Of a stretch of 64,000 nt of DNA, positions 1 to 13,400 are shown in pieces (position 1 is the first letter of the stretch; every line of letters begins with the position of its first letter). The notes beneath the pieces are model-generated. The model made no database searches, had not been told where the DNA came from, and saw nothing but the letters and a program-made list of their open reading frames with translations. The translations under genes were made by a program, and so were the position numbers. The DNA is taken from assembly GCA_038496445.1 (NCBI GenBank), contig JALMLS010000516.1:376002-440001 (forward strand). Reading direction: 5' to 3'. This DNA comes from Trichosphaerium sp. ATCC 40318 (Eukaryota > Protista > Tubulinea).

Positions 1-531
1 ATTTATTTTGGATGGTTTCCCAAGAACACTTGTTCAAGCTGAAAAAGTACGTTTGTCACAGACACAACTGAACAAAAAAAATGCAGCTGTACTCACGTAA
101 CCACCTAGCTTGATGAAATGATGAAAGAGCAAGGTGAAGCTAATGTTGATGCTGTTCTCAAGTTCAACGTTGCTGATGACATTCTCGTCAAACGTATCAC
201 TGGTCGTCTCATTCACAAAGTACGGCCAAATTACGCGCAGTTCCTACCTGGTTTGTTTTTTTTTTCTGACACGTGATTTCAGGCGTCTGGAAGGTCGTAC
301 CACACCATTTTTCATCCGCCAAAGGTTCCAATGACTGATGATGTCACTGGAGAGCCTCTCATCCGCCGTTCTGATGACAACGAAGCTACATTAAAGAAGC
401 GTTTGTCTACCTACGTTAATACCACTGAACCAATTGCTCACTTTTATGCTGACAGAGATATTTTGTTCAACATTAACGCTGAGCCATCGGCTGAAGAGGT
501 CTGGGACCAGATTCGCGCTGTTATCTCATAG
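1..531 (+). CDS. ADK: Adenylate kinase (AK2-like), 5'-truncated by window edge, 2 introns
   Basis: Spliced translation [15 protein letters not shown]...[12 protein letters not shown]|ASGRSYH...[23 protein letters not shown]; stop at 531. Confidence 0.95.
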
Positions 532-769
532 ATTAATAAAATTTTGCGGCAAATGCCGTTTTCTCGTTTAGTGCGTTTGTAATTTCGTCGTGGTTAAACA
601 ATAAGCGAGGCGTTCGTCACGTAGCGAGAAGTTCGCTTCGCATTCCGAGAAGTTGACTTCGCAGTGGCAAGTGTGTTAAGTTTTGTGCATTGTTGAAAAA
701 TTGGAGTTTCCAGACGTCTACTTCTGTAAAATCTTAACATAATTATCAACAACCAACACACTACACAAC

Positions 770-1853
770 ATGGTACGCCTTCACACTTCATAAACCAAGC
801 GTTTACGCTGACACTTGTAAAGGCTGACCAAGACACTGAAAAGCACAGAGAACTCTTGTACAAAGGTACTATCACGTTATAACGTCATCTTTCTTACTGT
901 TGGTAGTTCTTGTAGTCGGAGATATCGGTACTTTCACCTTTTTCACGACAACTGATCCTAACGTGCGCAGGTACTGGCAAAACATCAATTATTAAACGAT
1001 ATGTACACGGAATTTTCTCTATGCATTACAAGTCTACGGTACGCTTTATTAACGCGCTTATACGCCTTACGTACATACTCTGACGTCATTTAGATTGGTG
1101 TAGATTTCGCTCTTAAGGTGATGAACTGGGACACCGCCACTACTGTAAGACTACAACTTTGGGATATTGTACGTAGCTTGAGTACTTAAATTTAAATTGC
1201 GACAACTTTTTTTTTTGTAGAACTCTTAGCTGACTTCACTTTTCTTCTTGTAGGCGGGCCAAGAGCGTTTTGGTAACATGACCCGGGTACGCGTAAAAAA
1301 TTAAGCACAAGTAGTCAATTCTTATTTTACCGCTAGGTGTATTACAAAGAAGCAGTAGGCGCCATGGTAGTATTCGATGTTACTCGTGTCTCTACCTTCG
1401 AGGTACATTTTATTTCAAATTAGTTAAAACAATTTTTTTGCTATTACTGCTTCTGATAGTCGTTTTAGGCCGTTCAAAAGTGGAAGAGCGACATCGACAT
1501 GAAAGTAACCATTCCTGGTACAGACAAGCCTATCCCTGTAGTACTTCTTGCAAATAAGGTACGAAATGCTCCTTTTTTTTTTTTTTTGGGTCTCGTTTGA
1601 CATTTAATAGATCGATCTCGCAAAGGACGGTTTCACCAAAAACAAAGAACAAATGGACAAGTTTTGTGAAGAGAACGGGTTCTGCGGGTGGTTCGAAACA
1701 TCTGCTAAGGAGAATGTAAACATCGATAAAGCTTCTCACTTCCTTGTAAAAAACATTCTTGAGAAGGTTACACAACAAGAGGAAACAAAGCCAAAAGACA
1801 CACTTGATCTCAATGAGCAGAATCGAGAAGAATCTGGTGGTTGCAAATGCTAG
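770..1853 (+). CDS. RAB32: Rab32/38/29-family small GTPase, multi-exon; first coding exon is only the ATG
   Basis: VGDIGTGKTS P-loop, TIGVDFALK, family-diagnostic WDIAGQERF, ANK-D, ETSAK, C-terminal CKC prenylation motif. Confidence 0.93.
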
Positions 1854-2123
1854 ACAATCCTGTAAATTATGTGTAGGCGGTAACCAAGTCTATTTTATCT
1901 AATTTTTTCTAAATAAACCCTTTTGACATTTGACTTGTGGTCGTTGCTTCGTTTCGTTGTGTACGCGTAACGCGTTCGCACACGGTCAATACGTGTAAAT
2001 CTAGTCCACGCTTTTAAGTCAAAAAAACGTACTTTGAACCCACGAATTCCACTCGACAACTTCTCCTTTACTTCCAACAAACGCTACAGCGAGCTTTTCC
2101 CACATACCGCTTGATACAATAAA

Positions 2124-2899
2124 ATGACTCAAAACCGGCGTAGACAGAAAGCTGATGTTATGAAATTGTGCGTGTTAGGTGTAATTAGTGCTTTTGATGC
2201 TAATGTCCGGGTCAAAGGCTGATGAGCAACTACGAGGTCGATGTAGAAGGAGATCAGTACACCACGTTAACAGTGTACTTCCCTGGACCCGCTGATAGCA
2301 AGTGAAGCCGTTTTGTAACGTCAGTTTAACGAATTACAGGTCCATACGACGGTGGCGTGTGGAGAGTTCGCGTAAACATCCCACCAGCTTATCCTTACAA
2401 GTCTCCAAGCATTGGGTTTCTAAACAGGATTTATCACCCCAACGTTGATGAAACGTACAATCTTTGCTGTTAGTATGTAAACACTCCCTCACGTGGTTTT
2501 AGATCCGGCTCCGTTTGTTTAGACGTTATTAATCAGACTTGGAGTCCAATGTTTGGTATGTTTTGGTTTTTTGTTATTTACAAGCAAAAAGCAGCCTTCA
2601 AGCCTAACTTTTGTTTAGATCTCGTTAACATTTTTGATGTATTTCTCCCACAACTTTTGTTGTACCCAAATGCATCTGACCCTCTTAATGGAGATGCTGC
2701 AGCGCTTTACATGCGGAGCCAAGAAGCTTACCAACGAAAAGTTCTAGACTACGTCAAAAAATACGCACTATCCAAAGATCCCTCCGCTCAGCAAAGTACC
2801 TCTCCAGACACCTGCGCAAGCGATGATTGCGATGAAGATAGCTTGAGCTCATTAGAGAGCGACGGATCTGATATGTCTGACGATGATATCTTCGGCTGA
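2124..2899 (+). CDS. UBE2H: Ubiquitin-conjugating enzyme E2 H (UBC8)
   Basis: [71 protein letters not shown], acidic tail. Confidence 0.95.
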
Positions 2900-3161
2900 A
2901 GCATCCATTGCTAGGAGAAAACAAAAAAGTGACTTTTCTGCGTGGTAGCTTTTTTTTTGTACATAGAACTACATCTTGTAAATATTAGTATGTTGTAGAA
3001 GCATTTATTCTTGATATTATTGAGGCTCTTTGTGAGAACATACACGTAATTCAAAACACGATACACGTTTATTTGCATGCTATTATACTTGGTGAATGTG
3101 AGGCGCTGCAGCAGGGAGATTGTCTTCAGTGAAGCGCAGAGATTACTTTTTGTTGTACGAT

Positions 3162-4468
3162 TCAAGGTATTCTTGTTTCAATCCAAGAACATTAATGGGC
3201 TCACTACTGAACGTGATATTGTACCTACATATTTGTTAGTGCTAAATCAACGTTTAGTTAGTGTCGACGTTTCGTATTTAGCGGCTGAGAAAGTATCTCT
3301 GCATTCCTCCTCGAACTAAATCAAAAGGTGAGTGGACAGCTTTAAGCTTTAAAGGTTCGGCACCTCCATTGGGTTTTTTTTGAGCCAGTGCATTGTATAA
3401 ATCAAGGCGATCATAGGGCGTATTCTAGTTGATGGATTGTTCCTTCCTCTGGTGAACCATTAGTATCATAATATGTTAGCTCTTTAGGGATGCCTGTGCC
3501 ATAGTCTGTCGTCTCGAATAAGTACAGAGCCTTTCTTCATGTTCACCCGAAATCTAGTCATTCCTTCATAGCCACTAACTACTCGATACTCTTCATCCAA
3601 CTCTGGACCTTTTGTGAGTTAGGTAAGCCAGGTGTAGAGCGATATGGAGACTTGCTTGTAACTGTATGAGATCCTACGCGTAGTTGTTAGTTTGGTGAGT
3701 AAACAAGGCCACTCTGATTACCTGGTATCACTTCCAGACTTCCATTATCTTCGTTCACATCTTCAAAGGCATAATTTACAATCATTTGCGCTGGTGGACT
3801 TGCAGCGTAGTTTCCATAGTACTTTTGAAAACGTGATTAAATGCTCAAGTGTAACTGCCGTACTTTCCACAGGTGGGCTGCGTCAGTGTGTAGAGGTTGA
3901 TCATCGCTGCTTGGTGTATTGGTATTACCGCTATAGAACGTCAACGAATACCCTGCGGAAAGTGAGATGTCTCAAATACTTGGGCTTTATTACCTTTACC
4001 AATAGTGCTTTCGAGCACTTGGTGGACGTATTCGTTTGCAACAACCTCTTCAAATACAAATGGTCCTGACTTGGGCGGTATATGTTGCACATGTCCCTTA
4101 CTGTAATTGAATTGAGGATCACCGTGCTTCATGAGCACATCAAAATCCTACTCGAGTTCAATAAAAGCACGTGACCGTTTGACAAATAACGTTGGCTTCA
4201 ATCGAACCTTGTGCAATTTGGCAGTCAAAGTGTCACAAATGGAATCAGGCACAGCGTGTTCTAGCACTACAAAACCTTCTTGGCTCAACAAGTGACCTAT
4301 ACATTTCGTGACGTTCAATTAATTTCTACTTTTTTTTACAAGTCGTTGTGTGGCCAAATTTGTTGGCGTAACACGCTGTTTTGTACGCGAATTAAACGTA
4401 CCTAAGTGTGCCATGTCGAGCGGTTGCTTACAAGATACATAGTGGTTGATTGGGTTCTGCTTTGACAT
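3162..4468 (-). CDS. Phytanoyl-CoA dioxygenase (PhyH)-family Fe(II)/2OG oxygenase
   Basis: Spliced EGFVVLEHAVP...YSGNTNTPSSDDQPLHTD (HxD)...EDNGSLEVIPGSH...KKGSVLIRDDRLWHRG...RPMIAL. Confidence 0.85.
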
Positions 4469-4552
4469 TAAAGCGTAGAAAACTGTTTTTGAAGTGTAAA
4501 GAGTTTTGTTGACTTTTTCAGCGTGTTTTATTCTCGGCTACGCACCGCAAGG

Positions 4553-5874
4553 ATGAACGACGGCTTCGTGTTTGTAGATAAAGTAACGTTTAATAAATTT
4601 AAACAAAATGAAAGCGTAATTGGCTATTACACAAGCAGATACAAGCACTCTACGCGAGAGACATGGCTTGAGCGCATAGAGAACGGCCAAATCAAATTGA
4701 GTATGTCAAAAAACTATTATCGTGCGAAAACTACTTATGCATCACAGATAGCGTTGTAGTAACAGATCCTGACCAATTGCTGCAAATAAATTGCATACTT
4801 GAATACCACCGCAGCCCATGGGTAGAACCACCAGTTCCAATGGACTTTACAATTCTATATGATGACGCTGACGTATGACAGATTACAATGTTGCTCAAAA
4901 TAACAGTGACGGTTTTTTTAGTTTGTGGTAGTAAACAAGCCACCTGGTCTACCAGTGCTACAACAAACACTCTTTTACAAACACACGCTATTGTACCTTA
5001 TACGGGAGCATATAAACAACAGCTACACCTCTCCAGTACACCGGCTAGGTAAGTGCAATATCAAGTATGCTTGCTATCGTTTATTGTAGGACGAGGAACT
5101 TCAGGAACAAGTACGCAAAGGTATGATTTAATTTGTCACTGACCGCGCACGTGCGTAGTTGTTTTCAGTAAGCATAAACGTGCACATGCAGCATTGTGCA
5201 AGTCTTTTCGTGATCGCACTATTACCAAAATATACTTGGCACGTGTACAAGGCAAGTCACTATTCTGTTTGTCAATAGTACTCTTTTTACTAATTCTACT
5301 TTGTAGGTATCGTCGAAAAGGATGTGATACAAGTGACACAACCCATTGGACAAATACCTTTTTCTGCTTGCAACTCAGGTTCCCTCTGGGTTGCACTTGA
5401 TACTGGTAAACCTTCATCATCCACAGTAAAAGTGATCAAACGGTTAGAAGAGGATAATATGACGCTTGTACGGCATCCCACAGTTGACAAGCAAACTGGA
5501 AGAAACTAACATGGTGGTGTTTTAGGTTCAAGTACAAATACAGACTGGTAGAGCGCATCAAATCAGAATACACTCGGCGTTTATTGGACATCCACTTGTG
5601 GGTGATCCTTTATACGCTCCGGGAGGCTTACCAAAGGAAAATCCAGTAATCGTAGATAATGGTGAGCCGCAATTAATTCCGTTTTTCGATTACTAGGATT
5701 CACTTTGTTTTAGGCGTAACACGAACTGTTGTACCTGGTGATTGTGGTTATGATTTACATTCGTGGTACATCTGTTTCAGTCACCCTAGTACAAACGAAA
5801 ACGTCAGTTTTATAGCGCCACCACCCGCTGTGTATTGTAAGTATGGTATAACATTAAAACCAGACACAACTTGA
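4553..5874 (+). CDS. RluA-family RNA pseudouridine synthase-like protein with N-terminal S4-like region
   Basis: [73 protein letters not shown]. Confidence 0.9.
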
Positions 5875-6167
5875 AGAAACAACATATCAATTGAAAAGTA
5901 TTCGCGAATTGAGGAGGACACTTGACACATTTTACACATATCACCTCAGATACCTTTCCATTACTGAATTGGCTTAACTGGAGAAGCTAATTGCTTTTCC
6001 GCTAAATTGATAAAGTCACTAATTTTTACTATTTCGCTAATCAAACATGTGACCAATTTGCCCACCGAAAATATTTCACTGAACAACTGACGGTTTAAAA
6101 CCGTTAAAACCACACCACCATAAACAACATAGCTCCGACATACTGCACTGTTCTTAGTAGCGTCAAA

Positions 6168-6509
6168 ATGGTATTTGGGTGTTCTTTGTTCAAACACAGC
6201 AAGGTAGCATTCATATTCTGTTGGATAGCCTTGATTTTGTCCCTGGGATCCATAAATTGCCTGTGCTTGCTTATTGAATACATTATTTTACGAGGGCGTA
6301 TAAATGAGGAAGGTCACCATGGTTGGAACTCCTTGATCGCAATAACCTATCTGATAGGCATCATACCGCCTTTCGGGCTACCAGCCCTATATTTAGTCTA
6401 CAGCCCATGCTTCAACAACGATTCCGAGGTGTGTTGGTCCGATATAGAAGATGCCTATCACGCCTCTTTCCTATTAGGAACACCTTGTGATGAATTGAAA
6501 TGGTACTGA
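6168..6509 (+). CDS. Hypothetical small membrane protein (113 aa, intronless, two hydrophobic segments)
   Basis: ATG after A-rich context, 113-codon ORF with two TM-like stretches, fills the gap between two genes; no family recognised. Confidence 0.45.
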   Translation: MVFGCSLFKHSKVAFIFCWIALILSLGSINCLCLLIEYIILRGRINEEGHHGWNSLIAITYLIGIIPPFGLPALYLVYSPCFNNDSEVCWSDIEDAYHASFLLGTPCDELKWY

Positions 6510-6652
6510 TAGATACAAGATAGTATGGCACAATGAGACCTTCTTCTACTCTTTTTTTTTTAATATGTACATGTACGCTATTATCTTAATAATAAAATAT
6601 TGAAAACAATCCAAATACAACAAAGAAAGCTCTTTCTTGAGTTTTTTTTTTC

Positions 6653-9600
6653 TTAATCATTTTCGTTATTAATATCGCTCAAAAAGTTGGCTATGTAGGC
6701 AGGGCATTCCATGTCTTCAATACCTGTAAATAATTTTTCTTCTGTAATATCTGAAGGCAGGTTCCTTAGCATGAGTACACACTCCTCAAATCCTGTGCGT
6801 ATAAGAACCTTGTGATTGGCTTTGAGAATGCCGAGAGCAGTGCGGTAGAGAAAGACTTCTCCCTCCATCATAAAATTGTCCCAAACACGGCCAGCTATAC
6901 GCAAAGGCAGTGCGCGACTGAATCCAGTTAAAAACCTATAATTGAAGTGAGGATGGCTTATGAAAGACAATAATCTTTATGTAAAAGAAGGAGTGGTACT
7001 GTACCAATCAAGCAAGTATTGTTCAGGTGAAATTGCTAGTTTTTTGAAATGTTCATACAGTGTTGGTAGATGCTTGTAGAACAGCAACTCATACACTTTC
7101 ACGTGTCTCAATATCTATATAAACATTAAATTGATCTGTGATTTTCCTCTAGTCTGTGAGCGTACCTGCTTAACGTCCATTTTGAACAATGACATGAAAA
7201 AATGATTGTTAACCAAGTTGCAAAATGTCTGGAACGTTTCATATGGTTCCCTAATTGGTTGTTAATTAACACCACAACGTTATACACAAAACACGTACAT
7301 ATATAGGGTTATCATCCCCGCTAGGTAACTCATACCTTGCACATAACCAACGTCTGGCCTATTGAACGCACGTGTAAGTTCATTAATTGTAATACCGTTT
7401 TTATGGGTTTTTTTTAAATCAAGGTGGGATGCTGACCTGTAGGCCGCGTATGTCTCGAGCACCGCTGTCAGTTTTTCGCATAGAGGACCACCAGTTTTAT
7501 ATAAGTTAGTGGAAGGGAATGTACGTGGTACATCCACCTCTATAAGGCGACGTGTTGTTTGTTCGCCTACAGAGAATCAAAACATTGTTCGTGCCAGGAG
7601 TCAAGGATATGGATGGATGGTACCTTTCTTATGTGCTATTGGATCAAACACTTTTGATGCATGAATAGCTTGTTTGTGAAAAATATTGTATAACTTGGGT
7701 GTTATCCGCAAAGAATTACCTACTGAGTGCATCCAGACCTGACCTCTAACAGATGGTGGTACCTTCAAACCTGATTAGGAAAAAAAACAACATATTGTTT
7801 GGGTGTCTTACGCCTTGATAATACAGGTACTTTATCTTGACTTTGCTTCTGTTCCACATAATGTATAAGTAATACAAGGTAAAAACTGTAGGTGACGCAC
7901 ATTTGATCCCACCTGGGCAGTATGTCGTCTATCCATGCTGATTCTAAATTTTCTACTTGGCGTCGTTGTAGTCTCATTGCTTTATCTCCTTTTGACTGCT
8001 TGCGCATAGATCTGGATCGCTTCTCCTTGACATGTGGCCCTCCAGTTATCTGATTCAAAAGCATTTTTACATGCTGTGAAGCTTTGCGTGGTCTAGCCGG
8101 CTCAACCTGAGTTTGTTCAGGCTCTTTGCTGACTTTGGTCCACTCTGCTTCTTCTTTTGCAAATGCTTCTTGTCCGTCACCCGAAGGTCTATGTGTTGGC
8201 GCCTATCAACGTGATTAACACCAACGCTTATAGAAACCAGAAATAGGTTGGGTGTACGTCAACGTCTGGACCCAAGTCAACTTGAACAGTAGACATTGAG
8301 TATTTATAAGCATCCAATCGCTCACGGAAACTGTCCAATTCCTGTTGTAGCAACGACCTCCTTGTAGATGTTGGTGCGGATGGTTGGTCTACTAGCTTTC
8401 CCACTAGTGCTAACGAATTCCAATATCCACAAGTAACTTTAAAATAGGTAAGCAACGTCGCAACAGAGGAGATAGTATAGTATACAACCGACAAACTTGT
8501 TTTTAATTATCCCAAGTGAGTGCATACCTTTTATAGTATTTTTGCCAGCCAATGCTTCTAGTGGTGCCGGAATCAGCTGTTTAGGCGCGTCAGCCTGTGC
8601 CACGTATTCTTGATACCGTTTGAGTCCCCAAATCATAGCCACTCCGTCAGAAACACATGCTGACTGAAAAGCCTATACAGGTTTGTTAGCACGTGATCTG
8701 TATATATTTGCGAGAGGTGGTCTTACCCCAGCTGCAATCGCCGTTATTTTTTGACTACCTAGAGTACTTTGTATAAGCGTAGGTACATATCGTGTTTCTG
8801 TATCACCATGGCCAAGTTGGCCATAAGCGTTCCAGCCCCCTAAGCAAGAGTGTCAATGTTGTTGTAATCAAACCGAGAAAATTGAAGTATTCTATTGGTA
8901 CATGAGAAAAGCTGTCTTGGTGTTGTTAACGCCAAAGAGTGGTACGATCCACCTGCAATACGAACAACTGGTGGCAGTGATTCTACTAAAGTAGGCTTCA
9001 TCTACATAAAGGGTAAGGTTAGAAGGCACGAAAATATAGTGTGTTGGTGACAGCACCTTATCCTTATCGTCGCCCAGACCAAGGAGACCATCTCGCCCTT
9101 TTCCAAATGTCCAAAGTCTCCCCTGCATGTCAACGAGCATGGAATGACTGACTCCACACCCAACCAATTTAAATAGTATATCTAACAGCACAATTAAAAA
9201 CAGTGATTAACACGTGTAAAAGGAAGACCTGTATTGTCATCCATCTCAATAAGAGTTGGATGTGCAATGTTTTGTTCATCACCAAGTCCTAGTCTACCAT
9301 TGGATCCTAGACCCCAAGAATATACTGAACCATCCTCTAAAACGTGATAAAATTTAGGAGAATTATATGACACGTGTTATTAGCATACTTGTTCTTGCTA
9401 AGGCATGTGAAGCGCCACTGGCAATTTCGACTATTTGTGATAGTGATAATATTTGTCTTGGGACCTATTACAATATTCTTAGCTCAAAACAGTGTGGTCA
9501 GGGTTGGAAATACCGCTTGAAAGGTGTCAAAATTGCCGCCACCCAGCTGCCCGTCAGGTGAGCCTCCCCAGGAGTAAACAGTGCCATCGCTATCACAATG

Positions 9601-10122
9601 TTGTTAAAACCTTTCAAACCAGTCAAGTCACTTTACCTAGCAAGACACAACGAGTGTTCGGATCCCAAAGCTACAGCTGTGAATGATTTCTCCTGTAGTG
9701 CCTTTTTTTCTCAAATCACATTACTTGTCAAAACTACTTTTAGATCTTCTGTGTACCTTTGCGACAATTAACGTTTTAATGAGGCAGGGCACCGCGCGAT
9801 CTCTAGCATCACCATGTCCAAGCTGACCAGACCAATTCCATCCCCATGAATACAAATCGCCGTCACCTCAACGGTATGTCAATTATGGAATGTAATAAGA
9901 CGCATCGCACGAGTAATAGCCATAGCGTGTTTATTGCCCATCGCAATATCGACAATATCTTTGTCTTTAAAGTATTCTAGCGCTGTAGGCTCTTCTATAT
10001 CTTCTGTCTCGTCTCCCAGCCCGATACATCCTTTTTTTGTTAAATCAGTACAAACCTTGTTACATACCATCTCCAGCTTTTCCCCATGCGTAAACAACCC
10101 ATGGGAAGGTTTGCTCGGTCAT
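6653..10122 (-). CDS. RCC1-repeat + TBC (Rab-GAP) domain protein
   Basis: N-terminal RCC1 repeats (VYAWGKAGDG-CIGLG, IAMGNKHAMA, YSWGWNWSGQLGHG, GSNGRLGLG, GRDGLLGLG); C-terminal TBC with IEVDVPRTFP, PDVGYVQGMSYLAG, RVWDNFMMEGEVFLYRTALGIL. Confidence 0.9.
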
Positions 10123-10453
10123 TTTACAATGTGAAACTCCTATTTAGCGTGACATTCATTCAATTTTCACTAATTGTACTCTTTAGAGCCTTTTAACACT
10201 TGGTACAGAAAAAGGGAAAAAACGGTGTGCCGTGACTTAATTGGCACGCTCTAGAAAAAAAAGGGAAAAAAAAAGCACACTGAGAAAAGGTATGCATTGG
10301 CATCCGGATGATTTTGTACTAACAAATAGAACTTGTCAAATGAAACACTGTTGATTTTTTTTTTACAATAGACTGTCGAGCACCACTACTATCTGTGCAA
10401 GCAACAACACAAAAATAGGTGCAAAAGATTGGAAACAAATGTAAGTCCTTAGC

Positions 10454-13400
10454 TTACGTTTGATTCTTTGTGCTGCTACGGTCTCTTTTATGTGCTCTTT
10501 GTTCTTTATCCTTTTTCTTTCTACGATGAGCACCTGCTTCTCTGTGCCTCAATCGCTCAGAAAGCATAGATGCTAGGTAATGATAAAACCTTCCAGTCAT
10601 GCCTGGATAATGCTCAAATAGGATATCCAAGAAATAACCTTCTACCATGTATACCTCAGTACCATCCTCCTCTGCTAATACAGAAGCAGATGCTGGCTTG
10701 TTCTCAAGAAACGACATTTCTCCAAAGATGCTATCTACACCACCCGGTTTAATCTTGGCGAGTCGTACCTTCGATGAAGCTTTAGAATAAACAAATTCCA
10801 ACTTGTTGATAAAACGCACCGATTTGCCACCCTTGGCCTTTTCTACGCGACATTCGCCCTTGGCAACCTGGTAGATACGTTGTAATTTTTCTCCTTCTTG
10901 GATGATAATTTCATCCTTCTCGTATGTGATGCACTTTGCACCATTAATAACGCGGTCAAAATCTTCGTCACTGAGCATGAGTGAAGATGCCGCTTTTTCA
11001 GCAGTTAAGCCTAAGGAAACATCTTAAATGACAATCCTATCAACTCATTAACGTACTGCTGCTTCTACTGCGTAATTGTGAAGACGATAATTGCTAACAA
11101 GGCGAGTTAGCTTCATGAAAATTTAATGGATTTTTTCGGTCGTACAGACTCAATGGCATCAACTTCTCCTCGAGGTGTGTTTTGACCAGTTCCTGTCTCT
11201 GTTTTAAGTACTTGTAACCACACAGATCTCAAGAATTCAACAGTTTCCGCATTGTCTTCAGTAGCGAAGACATGTGTCTTTGATGAATTTGTGACAATGT
11301 GGAAGTACTTTTCGTGAATAAAGACATCTTTAATATTCTTTAATTTGAATGTTTCCTAAAACGGTAATCCAGTTAAAAAAAAGCAAGCTTATTTGGAAGC
11401 AAACTACAAATATACCTTGACTCGGATACCGAACACCTTGGCGTCAAAACAGACGTATGATTGGAATATAAACAATACGCCATGTCGCAACCTTCCTTTT
11501 TGTTTCATGGTACAGCTCTTCTCTACGAGACATTATTAGAATGCCGTCACAAGAATAGAATGACTTTGAAACAAAATTAAATCGGAAAGTAGAGACATAC
11601 CACGAATAAGGAGTTGGTCCCGTGGTATATTAAACCGTTTACAAAGTTTAGAATCCTTAGAAGTGCCGTCCTCTTCAGCTTGCTCTGGCTTATCAGTCTC
11701 ATCTTTCCGTACCTTATTACCAGATTTACTGCTCAAGTTTCTTAGCCGCTCTGCGAGCTATAAAACACAAGTTAGTATGGCTACACTTGACTGTACCTAA
11801 ATGACAATAGTAGTTACCTTGAGGGCTAGAATGCGATTTAATTTTTCAGAGACTATTGGGTTTGTTTGACACAATTTTAGTACAAAGTCGGCCTCCATCA
11901 CCCACAGTTCCATTGTTTCTGCAGCAACAATGGAAGCTGTAACTTTACCCTTTTTGCCCAGCATCGACATTTCGCCAAACATTTGGTTTGGACCCATCGT
12001 AGCAAGCGCGACATTTTTACCATTTATCATCTTTTCTACGCGCACTTTACCAGCTTTAACCCTGAATAACCTATCATTAACACTCCCAGATTCCAAAATC
12101 TGGTCTCCTTTTTTAAGGGGAACGACAGTAGCGCCTAAATAAAATTAAAAAAAAACCCAGAAAGAACTCAAGTGGGTGACGTGCCTGTCAGTAACAGCTT
12201 CCAATCACGCTGATTGAGCTCTGTTTTACCTTCGTTGGACGCAGTAGCATACATGGAGGCAGATATTTGAGCCATAGTTGCAGCCCTTCTGAAGGCACCA
12301 ACAGGTGGTGCAGAACCATCGCCCTCACGCAATCTGGATATTCTCATAATCTCCTTTTCGTCGTCCCACACTTCAGAGTCAGATATAAATGCCTACAAAA
12401 AATCAAGTTAATACAGGGATACCAAAACAAAAGGAAAAGAAAGATAGTGATAGGTGGGTACCTGTATTATAGACACTTCTTTGAAAACGTAGTTACAAGT
12501 GAACCTCTTTACTTTTCTGATACTTGTAGCCATATTAGAGAACTTGTCAAAATTTATCCAACCTTCCTCTGTCTTGCTTGGGGCACAGTCATCCCAAAAA
12601 GTAAAATCTGTCAAAAACACAGCTACAAAAAAAGTGTTATTTCGGTTTGATAAAACAATGGCACTTTACCTATGAAAGGGATGCAAGGAACGCCTTCAGG
12701 GACATCTCCTAACGTAGTTCTATACGTTTTGAAGTTTCTACTGCTCGCCATGAGTTTGGTTACTTCCTCAAAAATTTCTTTTGACTTTTGCGGAACGACC
12801 TAAATATATACCGTCAACAACAAAATCATTCAACCATCACAACTAAAAAATACGTACAGCCCACGATTCCTTTAATCTACTAATTGGAGAAGAGTGAAGA
12901 CTGGCGAGTACTTCCATAACACCATTAAAGTTATGAAATTCCATAAACACCTAATTTGTACAGTGAGTTCATGTTGTGTTGCGATTACGTTAAAAGCATA
13001 AATGTAATAGTTTGTACCTTGCAAGTCCTGATAAATTTGTCTATAATCTCACCACGCGCTTCAGGATCTGAGAGTTTTAATATGGTGGTTGTAATCCAGT
13101 GGTACACGCGATTGAAATTAGTAGTCAATTTAGAGACGTTAGGTGCCAATTCTTCGTGATCTTTCTTGTTCCACACTTGATTTAAGAATTCCCTTGGGCG
13201 AACGTTCTTGAATAGCGTAGCCTCCATCAAAGTCATTTGGCGTGCTAACTCTACTGGGTCAAGATCGGCAACAGTAAAATCCTTCTTATTTTTTGGCACT
13301 ATAGATGTAGGAGCGCCTTTTAGATCGGGTTTCGCAGGTTTTTCTACGGCCTGAAAACGTTATTAATAATTTTTAATTGTAAGCAGCACACTAGCAATAC

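Noticed and set aside
594-875. Many antisense or alternative-frame ORFs in the ORF track, such as this one
   Set aside because: Shadow ORFs overlapping real spliced genes, with no recognisable motifs
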